Source: an uncultured bacterium (GTDB lineage: Bacteria; Hinthialibacterota; Hinthialibacteria; OLB16). Taken from it: a stretch of DNA of 35,120 nt. Below, piece after piece: positions 23,562 through 32,800 of this stretch. Position numbers and translations under genes: made by a program. The stretch spans positions 1 through 35,120 of the forward strand of contig CAZORO010000003.1 of NCBI GenBank assembly GCA_964581845.1, written 5' to 3'. How positions within the stretch are numbered: position 1 is the first letter of the stretch; every line of letters starts with the position of its first letter. The notes below the pieces were generated by a model, which saw nothing but the letters and a program-made list of their open reading frames with translations, ran no database searches and had not been told where the DNA came from.

Positions 23562-26500
23562 ATGCCACTTGTAATTCGATTATTGTTCATGGGATGCTTG
23601 TCTGTTCAATTGGCGTTATTCGGAGTGCAGTCCGTGGAAGCGGAAGAGGAAGTACGGATCTGGGAGGAAGCATTAACACTTCCAACATATGAAGTTGGAC
23701 CCGCGGATATCAATCCGCGCTTCTATGAAACCCGCACCTATCAAGGAGCGAAGGGGCCTGTCTATCCCTACCCCATGCTCGACACCTTGACGCAGACCAA
23801 AGCGGACCACACTTACAAGGCACTGTATCTAGAAAACGAATATGTCCGCTTCTGTGTTCTTCCGGAGATTGGCGGGCGGATTTTCGAGGCCTACGACAAG
23901 ACTAATGACCACCACTTCTTCTATAGGCAGCACGTGATCAAGCCCGACCTGATCGGTATGTTGGGAGCATGGATTTCAGGTGGGGTCGAATGGTGCGTGT
24001 TCCATCACCATCGCAACACCACCTTCATGCCCGTTGACCATCTCCTGGCGGAAAATGAAGATGGGAGCAAGACCATTTGGATCGGCGAGACGGAACGCCG
24101 TCATCGAATGAAGTGGGTGATCGGAATGACTCTCCATCCAGGGCAATCGCGGCTGGATGTGACAGTGAAACTGTTTAATGGCACCCCTTATGTCCACACG
24201 ATTCTCTACTGGGCAAATGTGGCTGTCCACGCGACGCCTGGTTACCAGGTCTTTTTTCCTCCAAGCACGCAATTTGCCACCTTCCATGGCAAGAACGAAT
24301 TCACGCATTGGCCCATTTCCCATGAAATATTCAACCAGATGGATTACACCAAAGGCGTGGACATCAGTTGGTGGAAGAATCATCCCGGCCCAACCTCTTT
24401 TTTCGCATGGAATGTACAGGAAGGTTTTTTCGCGGGTTACGATCATGACAAACATGCCGGGGTGGTGTATATCGCGGACCATCATGTCGCCCCGGGTATG
24501 AAATTGTGGACTTGGGGTACGCAGTCCACGGGAGACCGCATCAAGCTGACGGATAGTGACGGTCCCTATGCGGAAATCATGGCCGGCGCATTTTCAGATA
24601 ATCAACCCGACTACAGCTGGATTCAGCCACATGAGGTTAAGGTTTTCACACAGAGTTGGTATCCACTGCGTGAGCTCGGTGGCCTCTGCAATGCAACCCA
24701 GGATGCCGCGATAAACCTAACGGTATCCCCGGACGGTAAGGCTCGTATCGCATTCAATTCAGCCGGGAAGCACACACATGCGCGGGTTGTGTTGAGGGCC
24801 AAGGGTGACACACTTCTTGAAAAGATCATCGCGATTGACCCGGCTACGCCATATTCCGAGGTTATAACCCTGCCCCGGGGGGTTGAGGAGGCTGATCTGC
24901 GTGGAGTGCTCTACGATGAAGATGGGAATGAGCTCGTGTCCTGGCAGCGCAAGACCTATGATCCAGAGCCGATGCCGGAAGTGGTCACACCTCCACCTCC
25001 TCCAAAGGATATCAAGACGGTTGAGGAACTGTATCTGGCGGGCCATAGATTGCAGCAATTCCACCATCCCACGCTTGATCCGTATCCATATTATGAAGAA
25101 GCACTGAGGCTTGATCCAGATGATGTGCGCACCAACACGGCACTGGGCATTGAGGACTGTAAACGCGGCCTGTATGACCGGGCGGAAGAACACCTACAGC
25201 GAGCCGTGGCCCGCCTTACCAGGAACCACACGCGCCCCAAGGATGGCGAGCCGCACTACTATCTGGGCGTATGTCTGGCGGCCCAGAGGAAATATGACCT
25301 CGCCTATGATGCATATAGCCGTGCAGCATGGAACTCGGCATGGTATTCGGCGGCCAATTATGCGCTCGCCGAACTTGATTGCCGGAAGGGTGATTTCAAA
25401 CGGGCGCTCAAACATTTGGACCAGGCTATTACAGCCAATGCATTGGACACAAAGTCGCTGAATTTACGCGCGTCGGTACTACGGCATTTGGGCTGGACCG
25501 GCGAAGCCAGACAACAAGTGGAAGCGAGTCTCAACATTGACCCACTCGATTTCTGGGCGGGCAACGAGTTATTCCTGGCGGACCAAGCCCAAGGGAAAAC
25601 ACAGTCTGGTGAACACGCACGTAAAACTCTCAAGGAACGGATGCGCAATGAAGCCGAGTCTTATCTTGAACTGGCTTCAAACTATGCCGCCAGCACCATG
25701 TTCAAAGAAGCGATCGATGTTCTATCCCGTCTCACCGGAGGAGAAGAATCAGAGACCTATCCAATGCTCTATTACGATCTCGGTTATTACACCGCGCAAA
25801 CTGGGGATGCAACGCACGCTGCTGAGTACTACCGCAAGGCCAGCAGCATGCCAGCCACTTATTGTTTTCCTTTCCGGTTGGAATCGATTGGAGTCTTACG
25901 GGATGCCATCGCCACACATCCGGATGAAGCGCGCCCTTACTACTTTCTCGGTAATCTGCTCTATGACCTGCAGCCGGAGGAAGCAGTGAAAGCGTGGGAA
26001 AAATCAAGAGACCTTGACCCCACTTTCCCCACCGTGCACCGCAACCTCGGCTATGCCTATTCAAAGATTAAAGATGACTATCCAAAGGCTTTGGCTGAAT
26101 ACGAGCAGTCGGTAGCCTGCGACAACCGCGATCCGCGAGTGTTTTACGAACTTGAGCGACTCTATGAGACCGCCGGGACCGCTCCGGATGTCCGTCTCGC
26201 GCTTCTGTGCCAGAACCAGACAACCACGGACAAACGGAGCGACTTGGTGGCACGTCAGATTCGCCTTTATGTGCAGACCAGACAATACGATACGGCCATC
26301 GAAAAACTCACCAACAAACGTTTTGACACGTGGGAGGGTGGTACTGAAATCCACGACACCTACGTCGAGGCATACATCTTACGGGGCATGGAATCATTGA
26401 AAGCCGGCCAGGCTCAGGATGCAGTGCACGATTTCCAGGCGGCCCTTGAGTATCCAGAGAATCTCGGCGTTGACCGTCCGGTCCAGGATCCTCCAGCCGC

Positions 26501-26909
26501 GCGTACATATCTCTTGCTCACCTCTGCGTACGAAAAACTCGGCGATATACAAAACGCACACAAGCATCTTGAAGAAGCCGTGAAGATCGAGGTGGCTGGC
26601 ACCGAGTTCAGGTATCACAAGGGACAAGCCCTGGCCAAATCTGGAAAAATTCAGGAAGCCAAGGCGCTTTTTGACGGACTCCTGGCGGATGGGATGGCTC
26701 AACTCGAAAGTGGTGGATCTGTCGATTTCTTTATGAAGTTCGGAGAGAAACAAGCTCGCGGAGTACAAAGGGCAAAAGCGTATTATCTCGCGGGTCTCGG
26801 CGCTCTCGGCAACGGGGATATCACGAGGGCCAAGGAACTCTTCGAGGACGCACTCAAAGAGAATCCAAACCATCTATGGGCGCGCATGACATTGGAGGAC
26901 CTGAAATAA
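23562..26909 (+). CDS. secreted DUF5107-like domain protein fused to a long TPR region
   Basis: ATG 23562 is preceded by GAGGAGAG and gives signal peptide MPLVIRLLFMGCLSVQLALFGVQSVEA. The N-terminal half (LPTYEVGP, YPYPMLD, LENEYVRFCVLPEIGGRIFEAYDK, WISGGVEWCVFHHH, KLWTWG, LTDSDGPYAEIMAG) fits DUF5107 as I remember it. From about 25.0 kb the sequence is TPR-like (YEEALRLDPDD, YALAELDCRKGDFKRALKHLDQAI). Confidence 0.75.
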   Translation: MPLVIRLLFMGCLSVQLALFGVQSVEAEEEVRIWEEALTLPTYEVGPADINPRFYETRTYQGAKGPVYPYPMLDTLTQTKADHTYKALYLENEYVRFCVLPEIGGRIFEAYDKTNDHHFFYRQHVIKPDLIGMLGAWISGGVEWCVFHHHRNTTFMPVDHLLAENEDGSKTIWIGETERRHRMKWVIGMTLHPGQSRLDVTVKLFNGTPYVHTILYWANVAVHATPGYQVFFPPSTQFATFHGKNEFTHWPISHEIFNQMDYTKGVDISWWKNHPGPTSFFAWNVQEGFFAGYDHDKHAGVVYIADHHVAPGMKLWTWGTQSTGDRIKLTDSDGPYAEIMAGAFSDNQPDYSWIQPHEVKVFTQSWYPLRELGGLCNATQDAAINLTVSPDGKARIAFNSAGKHTHARVVLRAKGDTLLEKIIAIDPATPYSEVITLPRGVEEADLRGVLYDEDGNELVSWQRKTYDPEPMPEVVTPPPPPKDIKTVEELYLAGHRLQQFHHPTLDPYPYYEEALRLDPDDVRTNTALGIEDCKRGLYDRAEEHLQRAVARLTRNHTRPKDGEPHYYLGVCLAAQRKYDLAYDAYSRAAWNSAWYSAANYALAELDCRKGDFKRALKHLDQAITANALDTKSLNLRASVLRHLGWTGEARQQVEASLNIDPLDFWAGNELFLADQAQGKTQSGEHARKTLKERMRNEAESYLELASNYAASTMFKEAIDVLSRLTGGEESETYPMLYYDLGYYTAQTGDATHAAEYYRKASSMPATYCFPFRLESIGVLRDAIATHPDEARPYYFLGNLLYDLQPEEAVKAWEKSRDLDPTFPTVHRNLGYAYSKIKDDYPKALAEYEQSVACDNRDPRVFYELERLYETAGTAPDVRLALLCQNQTTTDKRSDLVARQIRLYVQTRQYDTAIEKLTNKRFDTWEGGTEIHDTYVEAYILRGMESLKAGQAQDAVHDFQAALEYPENLGVDRPVQDPPAARTYLLLTSAYEKLGDIQNAHKHLEEAVKIEVAGTEFRYHKGQALAKSGKIQEAKALFDGLLADGMAQLESGGSVDFFMKFGEKQARGVQRAKAYYLAGLGALGNGDITRAKELFEDALKENPNHLWARMTLEDLK

Positions 26910-27065
26910 CCGCCTGTCAGTCTCCGGCTGTTTCTTGAAGATACCGGAGAGGTGATCTGGAACCAGACCGTCCCATAGAACAGCCGATCCCGCGTGGGGC
27001 AATCGATGGTGGGGATAGAGGGAACGCTTCGTTTATCTTTACAACTGGCCTTGCGAGGCAGGGAT

Positions 27066-28151
27066 TTACAGGGGCTTCGCCACGGAACTGGATACATACT
27101 GGGTGGATTTGCGCAGGATCAGCGTTGGTTCGAGGAAAACCTGCTGACGTACTTTATCCCAGTCTTCTTCCGGACCGAGCATCTGTAGGATAAGCATCGC
27201 TCCCAGACGGGCGATTCGTTCAGCATCCTGCCAGATCGTGGTGAGTGGTGGTGTAGAGAACTCGGCCATCTCAATGTTATCATAGCCGATAACCGAGACA
27301 TCCTCGGGCACACGGATCTTTTCCTCATAAAGTCTGTGCATCAGTCCCAGTGCAACTGCATCGCACACACAAAAGACAGCCTGGACTTCATTGGAACGGA
27401 TCCGTTCCACAAGTTCGCGTGAACAAGCATAACCAGCTTTCGCAGTGTCAGCATAAACATGGGGGAAAAGAAGAGGTTGGACTGCCCCATTCGATTCCTC
27501 GATGGCTCTCAGGAACCCCTGGCAGCGTGGTGTGCGGAACGACTCGGTCTCCCAGTTTCCTGTGAAATAGGCAATCCTCTTGTGCCCTATGTCGATCAGG
27601 TGCTTCGCTGCGAGGCGTCCTCCGACTTCATCATCATACCCAACAAAGTGCAATGGGAGTTCTTCTCCGTATACAACTAGATATAGAAGCGGTATCCGGT
27701 GATATCGAAGCATTTCAAGGGTCTGGGGAGTCAGAACCGTCATGGAAATCAATCCATCCACCCGTCTCTCCACAAGAGATTCGGCACATTTGTTGGACTG
27801 CTCGATGTTGTCGGATGTGGTCAGAACATAACTAAAGTAACCTTTATCCTGGAGGGCTTGCTGAAGAAAAGAGGTGATCTCTCCCAGATAAGGGATTCTC
27901 AGGTCGGGTACGAGAACACCAATGGACTGGGAGCTCTGGAGAACCAGGCTGCGGGCATCCCGGGATGGAACATAGTTAAATGTTTTGGCGAGTTGCTGGA
28001 TTCGCCGCCGGTTCTTCTCACTGACTCCCGGGAAACCCCGCAAAGCTCGAGAAACGGTATTCACTGAGAGGTTCACTTCATTAGCAATATCTTTAAGTGT
28101 TCTGCGCATGTTGTTTGAGCCGGACAATTCGGGCTTGGTTCGGCGAGACAT
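27066..28151 (-). CDS. LacI-family transcriptional regulator (second copy)
   Basis: Helix-turn-helix TLKDIANEVNLSVNTVSRALRG with a sugar-binding body (IGVLVPDLRIPY, VFCVCDAVALGLMHRL, VSVIGYDN). The start may instead be ATG 28109 (MRRTLKDIA). Confidence 0.9.
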   Translation of the reverse strand: MSRRTKPELSGSNNMRRTLKDIANEVNLSVNTVSRALRGFPGVSEKNRRRIQQLAKTFNYVPSRDARSLVLQSSQSIGVLVPDLRIPYLGEITSFLQQALQDKGYFSYVLTTSDNIEQSNKCAESLVERRVDGLISMTVLTPQTLEMLRYHRIPLLYLVVYGEELPLHFVGYDDEVGGRLAAKHLIDIGHKRIAYFTGNWETESFRTPRCQGFLRAIEESNGAVQPLLFPHVYADTAKAGYACSRELVERIRSNEVQAVFCVCDAVALGLMHRLYEEKIRVPEDVSVIGYDNIEMAEFSTPPLTTIWQDAERIARLGAMLILQMLGPEEDWDKVRQQVFLEPTLILRKSTQYVSSSVAKPL

Positions 28152-28186
28152 AGCCCGATTTCTGATCTATACATTACTTAATGGGG

Positions 28187-28195
28187 ATTAACGTT
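28187..28195. promoter_or_regulatory. ATTAACGTT site 1 of 3; candidate LacI operator overlapping a possible minus-strand promoter
   Basis: The core TTAACGTT is at 28188..28195. On the minus strand, TTGACA (28200..28195), an 18-nt spacer and TAATGT (28176..28171) would form a promoter for the LacI gene, with this site inside the spacer. Confidence 0.35.
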
Positions 28196-28345
28196 GTCAA
28201 CACACGGAAGTGATGGCCCGATAAGCGGGAAATCTTCCGAATATGGTTCCTGATTTCAAGAGATTTGCAGTCTTGTATTGGCAAAATATCTGAGATAAAG
28301 AGCTCCTGACACGATATAACTGAAAAGGCCCGAGAGAGTTTGCTA

Positions 28346-28353
28346 AACGTTAA
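28346..28353. promoter_or_regulatory. AACGTTAA site 2 of 3, the reverse complement of the TTAACGTT core
   Basis: TGCTAAACGTTAACTC, in the middle of the 517-bp divergent intergenic region. Confidence 0.3.
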
Positions 28354-28565
28354 CTCTGAAATGGCTCCATCAAGGAGGTCATTCATTTCTTTATAGTTAT
28401 AGTTTACAGGGCTTCTTCTTTCGATCTTGTTGGGTGCGCCTATCTCTTAACTCTATTTATGGTACTCATATTACTTGACTTATGTTATTCCTCGCTGATG
28501 ATGTGGGAAAATCTGAGGGTTTCATCTTGACATCCATTCAAAAAGCGATAGACAATAATCTCGAA

Positions 28566-28579
28566 CATTAACGTTCATG
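28566..28579. promoter_or_regulatory. CATTAACGTTCATG, a 14-bp near-palindrome (site 3 of 3); best LacI-type operator candidate
   Basis: 12 of 14 positions are self-complementary around a central CG. It lies about 90 nt upstream of the beta-helix gene ATG. It shares AACGTTCA with the palindrome at 5102..5131. Confidence 0.45.
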
Positions 28580-28668
28580 TTATGTAAACGAATTTGTTGG
28601 TTGAGTTGTCCATCGGAAATGGACCATATCCCGTGGGTCGGGAAAGGATCCTTGGCAAAGGAGTATGA

Positions 28669-30171
28669 ATGATGATCAGTCGAAAATCTGTTTGGGTATG
28701 TGTAGTGGTGTTAGCGTTAGCGTTTGGAGTTACACCTGGATTCGCGGCGACAGTGACAGTGGGGCCAGCCGGACCACCCACATACAACTTCGCGCTCATC
28801 TCAGAGGCGGTCACCGCCGCAGGCAATGGTGATACCATTGATATCGCCGCTGGCAATTATGACGATTGGGTCGGTATCATCGGAAGAAGCAATCTCACCC
28901 TTCAGGGACCGGCGTCGGGAACTCCCGCGGTGGTCAAGATTTCCGCCTCCAATGTGGTGAATCAGGGCATCTATATCGCTGGGCAATCAACCAATATCAT
29001 TCTTCGCAACTTGTCGGTGGACATGAGCGCGAATAATGGTATCGAATACCGTGCCTGCATTTCCGTCTATGAGGGGGCGGCGGCCACATTGGATCACCTG
29101 GACCTCTACGGGGCTGGAAGGATTGTCGATGTCTTCAATGGCGGACGTCCCACCATTACCAACTGCAATTTACATGATGCCACTCCGCGCGATTTCGGCA
29201 ATGGCGATGCCTCATCAGGGGTGGAAGTCCAGGGCGTGACAAGTACCTTCGGTTATGCAAACGCAACGATCCATAACTGCAGCTTTTCCAGCATCGGCCA
29301 CCCGATCCGAATTCTTGCAAATGAGACTGGAACGCCAAGTTTGGCCCAGAATTATATGGGCAACCTGACCGTTCAGCACTGCACCTTCAATCATTTTGGC
29401 GGCGAGTATGGGATTGCCCTCCGGTTTGATTCACCCAACTGGGCACCCGATAGCACGGTCCTCTTTGAGGATTGTACGTTTACAGATTGGACTGGACATG
29501 GTATTTTTACCAACGCCTATCCCGATACAAATACTGGACCTTCCAATTTCATCGTTCGCCGCTGCGAGATGATCAATGACCTGACGGCTTATCGCGCGGG
29601 GACCGGTCTTTTCCTTGGCTATAACTCAAATATTCTTCTTGAAAATGTCGCCATCGCAGCCTTTGCGAATGAGGCAGTTTACATCCACGAGCCTTGTGGA
29701 AATATTACTATGCACCAATGCAGTATCAACAATGTGAACGATTCAGTAATGGCTCAGCGTTTAACAATCCACAATCCAACAGCAACCATCCGCAACTCGA
29801 TTCTGAGAACTCCCAACGGTTTTTCATGGGAGGTCTCGCCGACATATGGTTCGGCTACGTCGATCTCCTATGATGTTGACTATTCCATTTTTAATTCTGC
29901 GAATGCAAAGGATTTCTCAAGTGATGTTCATACCGTGACTCGTGGCGCTCACTACACCTACAACACATCTCAAGTCAATTATCCCATGTTTGTGGATCCA
30001 GAGGCAACTGGAGATCTCCATCTCCAGGATGGTTCTCCCGCAATCAATGCGGGGATGAACCTTGGAATCGCCATTGACGTGGAGGGAAAACCACGCGATG
30101 CCACTCCTGACATTGGTGCATATCAGCAATCAGGTGTAGATTCATCCGTTAATAATTGGTCGTTGTATTGA
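28669..30171 (+). CDS. secreted right-handed parallel beta-helix (pectate-lyase-fold) repeat protein
   Basis: RBS AAAGGAG lies 5 nt upstream. Signal peptide MMISRKSVWVCVVVLALAFGVTPGFAA. Periodic PbH1-like turns are present (LRNLSVD, ITNCNLHD, IHNCSFS, VQHCTFN, FEDCTFT, VRRCEMI, MHQCSIN, IRNSIL). The typical C-terminal tail is DLHLQDGSPAINAG...DVEGKPRD..PDIGAYQ. Confidence 0.85.
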   Translation: MMISRKSVWVCVVVLALAFGVTPGFAATVTVGPAGPPTYNFALISEAVTAAGNGDTIDIAAGNYDDWVGIIGRSNLTLQGPASGTPAVVKISASNVVNQGIYIAGQSTNIILRNLSVDMSANNGIEYRACISVYEGAAATLDHLDLYGAGRIVDVFNGGRPTITNCNLHDATPRDFGNGDASSGVEVQGVTSTFGYANATIHNCSFSSIGHPIRILANETGTPSLAQNYMGNLTVQHCTFNHFGGEYGIALRFDSPNWAPDSTVLFEDCTFTDWTGHGIFTNAYPDTNTGPSNFIVRRCEMINDLTAYRAGTGLFLGYNSNILLENVAIAAFANEAVYIHEPCGNITMHQCSINNVNDSVMAQRLTIHNPTATIRNSILRTPNGFSWEVSPTYGSATSISYDVDYSIFNSANAKDFSSDVHTVTRGAHYTYNTSQVNYPMFVDPEATGDLHLQDGSPAINAGMNLGIAIDVEGKPRDATPDIGAYQQSGVDSSVNNWSLY

Positions 30172-30181
30172 TCTTTATAAT

Positions 30182-30232
30182 GGCTGGGAGTAAGCTGGAT
30201 TAATCGCTCTCCTTACTCCCAGCCAAATTTTT
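30182..30232 (+). terminator. perfect 13-bp hairpin plus T5; candidate terminator or attenuator between the beta-helix gene and the third pseudopilin
   Basis: GGCTGGGAGTAAG, a 17-nt loop, then CTTACTCCCAGCC (30182..30224), followed by AAATTTTT. It begins 11 nt after the upstream stop and ends 22 nt before ATG 30255. Confidence 0.6.
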
Positions 30233-30254
30233 GAAAGCAAGTATATTTAGAAGG

Positions 30255-30851
30255 ATGGAGGTATTTGCTGTGTCATCCAAGCGTGGCTTTACTTTGATAG
30301 AATTGTTGATAGTGATCGCCATCATCCTCATACTCATTGCGATCGCCCTTCCCAATTTCTTGAGCGCCCAAATCCGCGCCAAGATCACACGCAACTATGC
30401 CGACATGAGGTCCGTGGCGACAGCACTCGAGGCCTACCGTGGCGACTACCAAAAGTACATTTCGGGGGTGATCAATAAGACTCCGGGAAACTTCAAGAGC
30501 TATCTTCAACGCCTAGTGCCTTTGACAACACCCGTTAAATATATGACAACTGTTCCAGATGATATTTTCAACGGGAATGGGGAACAGCCACCCTATAATG
30601 AGTTCAAAACATTCGACTATTTCCTCTATGAAGACCTGAATCCAGGTTCATTGATTGAATTTTATGATATTCAGGGTAGACCCATCCGTGCTCCTTATCA
30701 AATGCGGGGTTGGGGTCCAGACCGGGATAATGACCGCTACAGTGGGGCCCGCCTGAGTCCCCCTCAGGGTCCCATTCCATATAATCCCACAAATGGTACG
30801 GACAGCAATGGCGACCTGAAATATTTCGGTGGAAGGGGCTACCAGTTCTGA
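30255..30851 (+). CDS. prepilin-type N-terminal cleavage/methylation domain protein (GspG-like pseudopilin), paralogue C
   Basis: MEVFAVSSKRG|FTLIELLIVIAIILILIAIALPNFLSAQIRAK, with the shared blocks LEAYRGDY, LTTPVKYMTTVPDDIF, GWGPD and YNPTNGTDSNGDL. The track start at 30231 is a TTG inside the terminator T-tract, so ATG 30255 is preferred. Confidence 0.9.
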   Translation: MEVFAVSSKRGFTLIELLIVIAIILILIAIALPNFLSAQIRAKITRNYADMRSVATALEAYRGDYQKYISGVINKTPGNFKSYLQRLVPLTTPVKYMTTVPDDIFNGNGEQPPYNEFKTFDYFLYEDLNPGSLIEFYDIQGRPIRAPYQMRGWGPDRDNDRYSGARLSPPQGPIPYNPTNGTDSNGDLKYFGGRGYQF

Positions 30852-30907
30852 TTCAACCGCCATGGAACGAGGACGTGATGCTTTTGCTCTAAGTTGCGCC
30901 TGTCAAT

Positions 30908-32719
30908 ATGGATATTCGATATACCGAGATGGGAAACCTTTTATACTCCATCCAAGAGGTATTAGATCCCGGGGGAGGGGAGAAATACCATCAGCCTGAA
31001 GGTATGTCCCCCTCACTAAAAGCCATCACACGGAAATTGAGGTGGTACATCGCCCTCGGGATTGTCCTACTGCAACTTGCTGTTTATGCAGTAGAACCTG
31101 TTCAAATTAACGATCACGATCTTCGTCTCGCGCTGCAATGGAGCATTCACTGCATGTCCAATGTACAGAACCCTCAGGACCGTTACATTCCTTATTTCGA
31201 CTGCTATGTTCTACAGAACCCGCCCTATATGCTATACAACGCTTACTACAGCGTACCGGTCAATGCGGCCAAAATTCTCGAGGCGCTGCTTAAGACCGAG
31301 GCTGCATCCGGTCTTGTGGTGGACCCCATTGTCATTCAAAGATATCGTCAAGTGGTTTTCGATTCCTTCACCCCTGTTCCAGGTGTCTGCGCTGCCCCAG
31401 ATAGCGTTGGTGCTCCATATAATACTTATTGGACGATCAATGGTCACGCCATGAGAGCCCTAGCGGCATTAGTGAAGTATCGTAATGATGGAGAAGCTCA
31501 GAATCTCATGGAACAAGGGATCTCAAACCTTAAAAATTATTTTGTCGATTTCGGCTATAGTTGGGCCGCTTTCAGGGAGCATTTCGGCCTCCCTCTCACA
31601 GGGGGAATTCTTGGAGTTGGATGGCCAAATGCGAATCCCGGTTATGGAGCGGATTCAACCTGTATCCTGGCTTTCCTTGAATATTACCAATGGACTGGAT
31701 ATGGTCCTGCGCTTGATATGTGTCTGAATTATTCAAGAAACCTAATGAACCTCCGGTTTCCCGTGGATGGAACTTTTCCTCCCAACACTTACTTCATGCT
31801 TGGACCAACACGTGAGATGAATGCCCTGGCACGGGTGGCTCTAGAGATTGGCGATGCAACCATGATGACACGAGCTCGCGCGCGTTACGAGAATGGACTT
31901 CACATGGTCCGCAATTCGACTGGATGGGTTCCCGAGAACACTCGTAGCCAAAGTGACACGGGAGAGATTAATACTACTGGAGAACTCGTGGAAACTGCCA
32001 TGATTTTCGGCGACTGGGGATGGACTGAATACTATGAGGATGCAGAACGGTTCACGCGAGCTCATCTTCTTCCATCGCAGCTGCTTGACAACTCCTTCGT
32101 GGCCGCGCACTCCGACCTGAGTGATTCCAAGAACGATATCAAAAACAGAACAAAAGGAGCCTTCGGTTTTCCGGCTCCCTATGGACATATCGCCACCAAG
32201 AACTCAAGACATCAGGGTGCCTTTCACATGGATATCGTCGCTGGAGGCGCATTATCACTCTCTGAAGTGGTCATTCATGCCTATGAATATGAAAACGGAG
32301 ATCATTATCTGTACATGCTCTTCGATCAGGATAATAACCATATCTGGGTAAAAAGTCCCTATCCCGATGGAGATACCCTTGAGATTAATCTAAGGACAGA
32401 GGGAGACCTACACATTCGAATGCCTTCTTGGATTGACCGTGACACAATTTCTTTACTAGTTTCTAAAAAGAATGGCTCTACTGAAGTGTCATTCGATGGG
32501 CCTTTCATGGTGTTGTCCAACCCGCCAGTAGGTGAGAATTTCTCAATCCGGATGGAAATTCCATTCAGAATGGAGACAGAAAATGTTAACGAAAGAGAAA
32601 TTTCGATTCTATGGCGGGGTGATTCCGTGGCCGCTATGAATCAGATGGGATGTCCTCTTCCCTTCTTTCTTGAGTTCTACATCCCATCGGAAGTGGATTC
32701 ATGGAGAAATTACCAATGA
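30908..32719 (+). CDS. membrane-anchored uncharacterised protein, helical-toroid-like; paralogue 1
   Basis: 603-aa track ORF. One hydrophobic span, LRWYIALGIVLLQLAVYAV, follows a ~43-aa leader. Blocks are shared with 32801..34390 (DTGEINTTGE, YYEDAERF, HLLPSQLLD, KGAFGFPAPYGH, DIVAGG). Helix-pair patterns (HAMRALAALVKYRNDGEAQNLMEQGISNL) recall DUF1680/GH127-type six-hairpin proteins, but without the ETC(A) Cys motif. The start is uncertain; ATG 31004 is an alternative. Confidence 0.7.
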   Translation: MDIRYTEMGNLLYSIQEVLDPGGGEKYHQPEGMSPSLKAITRKLRWYIALGIVLLQLAVYAVEPVQINDHDLRLALQWSIHCMSNVQNPQDRYIPYFDCYVLQNPPYMLYNAYYSVPVNAAKILEALLKTEAASGLVVDPIVIQRYRQVVFDSFTPVPGVCAAPDSVGAPYNTYWTINGHAMRALAALVKYRNDGEAQNLMEQGISNLKNYFVDFGYSWAAFREHFGLPLTGGILGVGWPNANPGYGADSTCILAFLEYYQWTGYGPALDMCLNYSRNLMNLRFPVDGTFPPNTYFMLGPTREMNALARVALEIGDATMMTRARARYENGLHMVRNSTGWVPENTRSQSDTGEINTTGELVETAMIFGDWGWTEYYEDAERFTRAHLLPSQLLDNSFVAAHSDLSDSKNDIKNRTKGAFGFPAPYGHIATKNSRHQGAFHMDIVAGGALSLSEVVIHAYEYENGDHYLYMLFDQDNNHIWVKSPYPDGDTLEINLRTEGDLHIRMPSWIDRDTISLLVSKKNGSTEVSFDGPFMVLSNPPVGENFSIRMEIPFRMETENVNEREISILWRGDSVAAMNQMGCPLPFFLEFYIPSEVDSWRNYQ

Positions 32720-32800
32720 AGATCTGTATTCATCTGATCCATACCGGTCCAAGTCATGTGGGCACCGTGCTCGTATAAAATCTAGAACAGGAAGATTTAC

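Noticed and set aside
26920-26949. 7-bp stem with a 16-nt loop between the convergent DUF5107-like and LacI-2 genes, considered as a terminator
   Set aside because: The stem is short, the loop is large and there is no T-tract on either strand.
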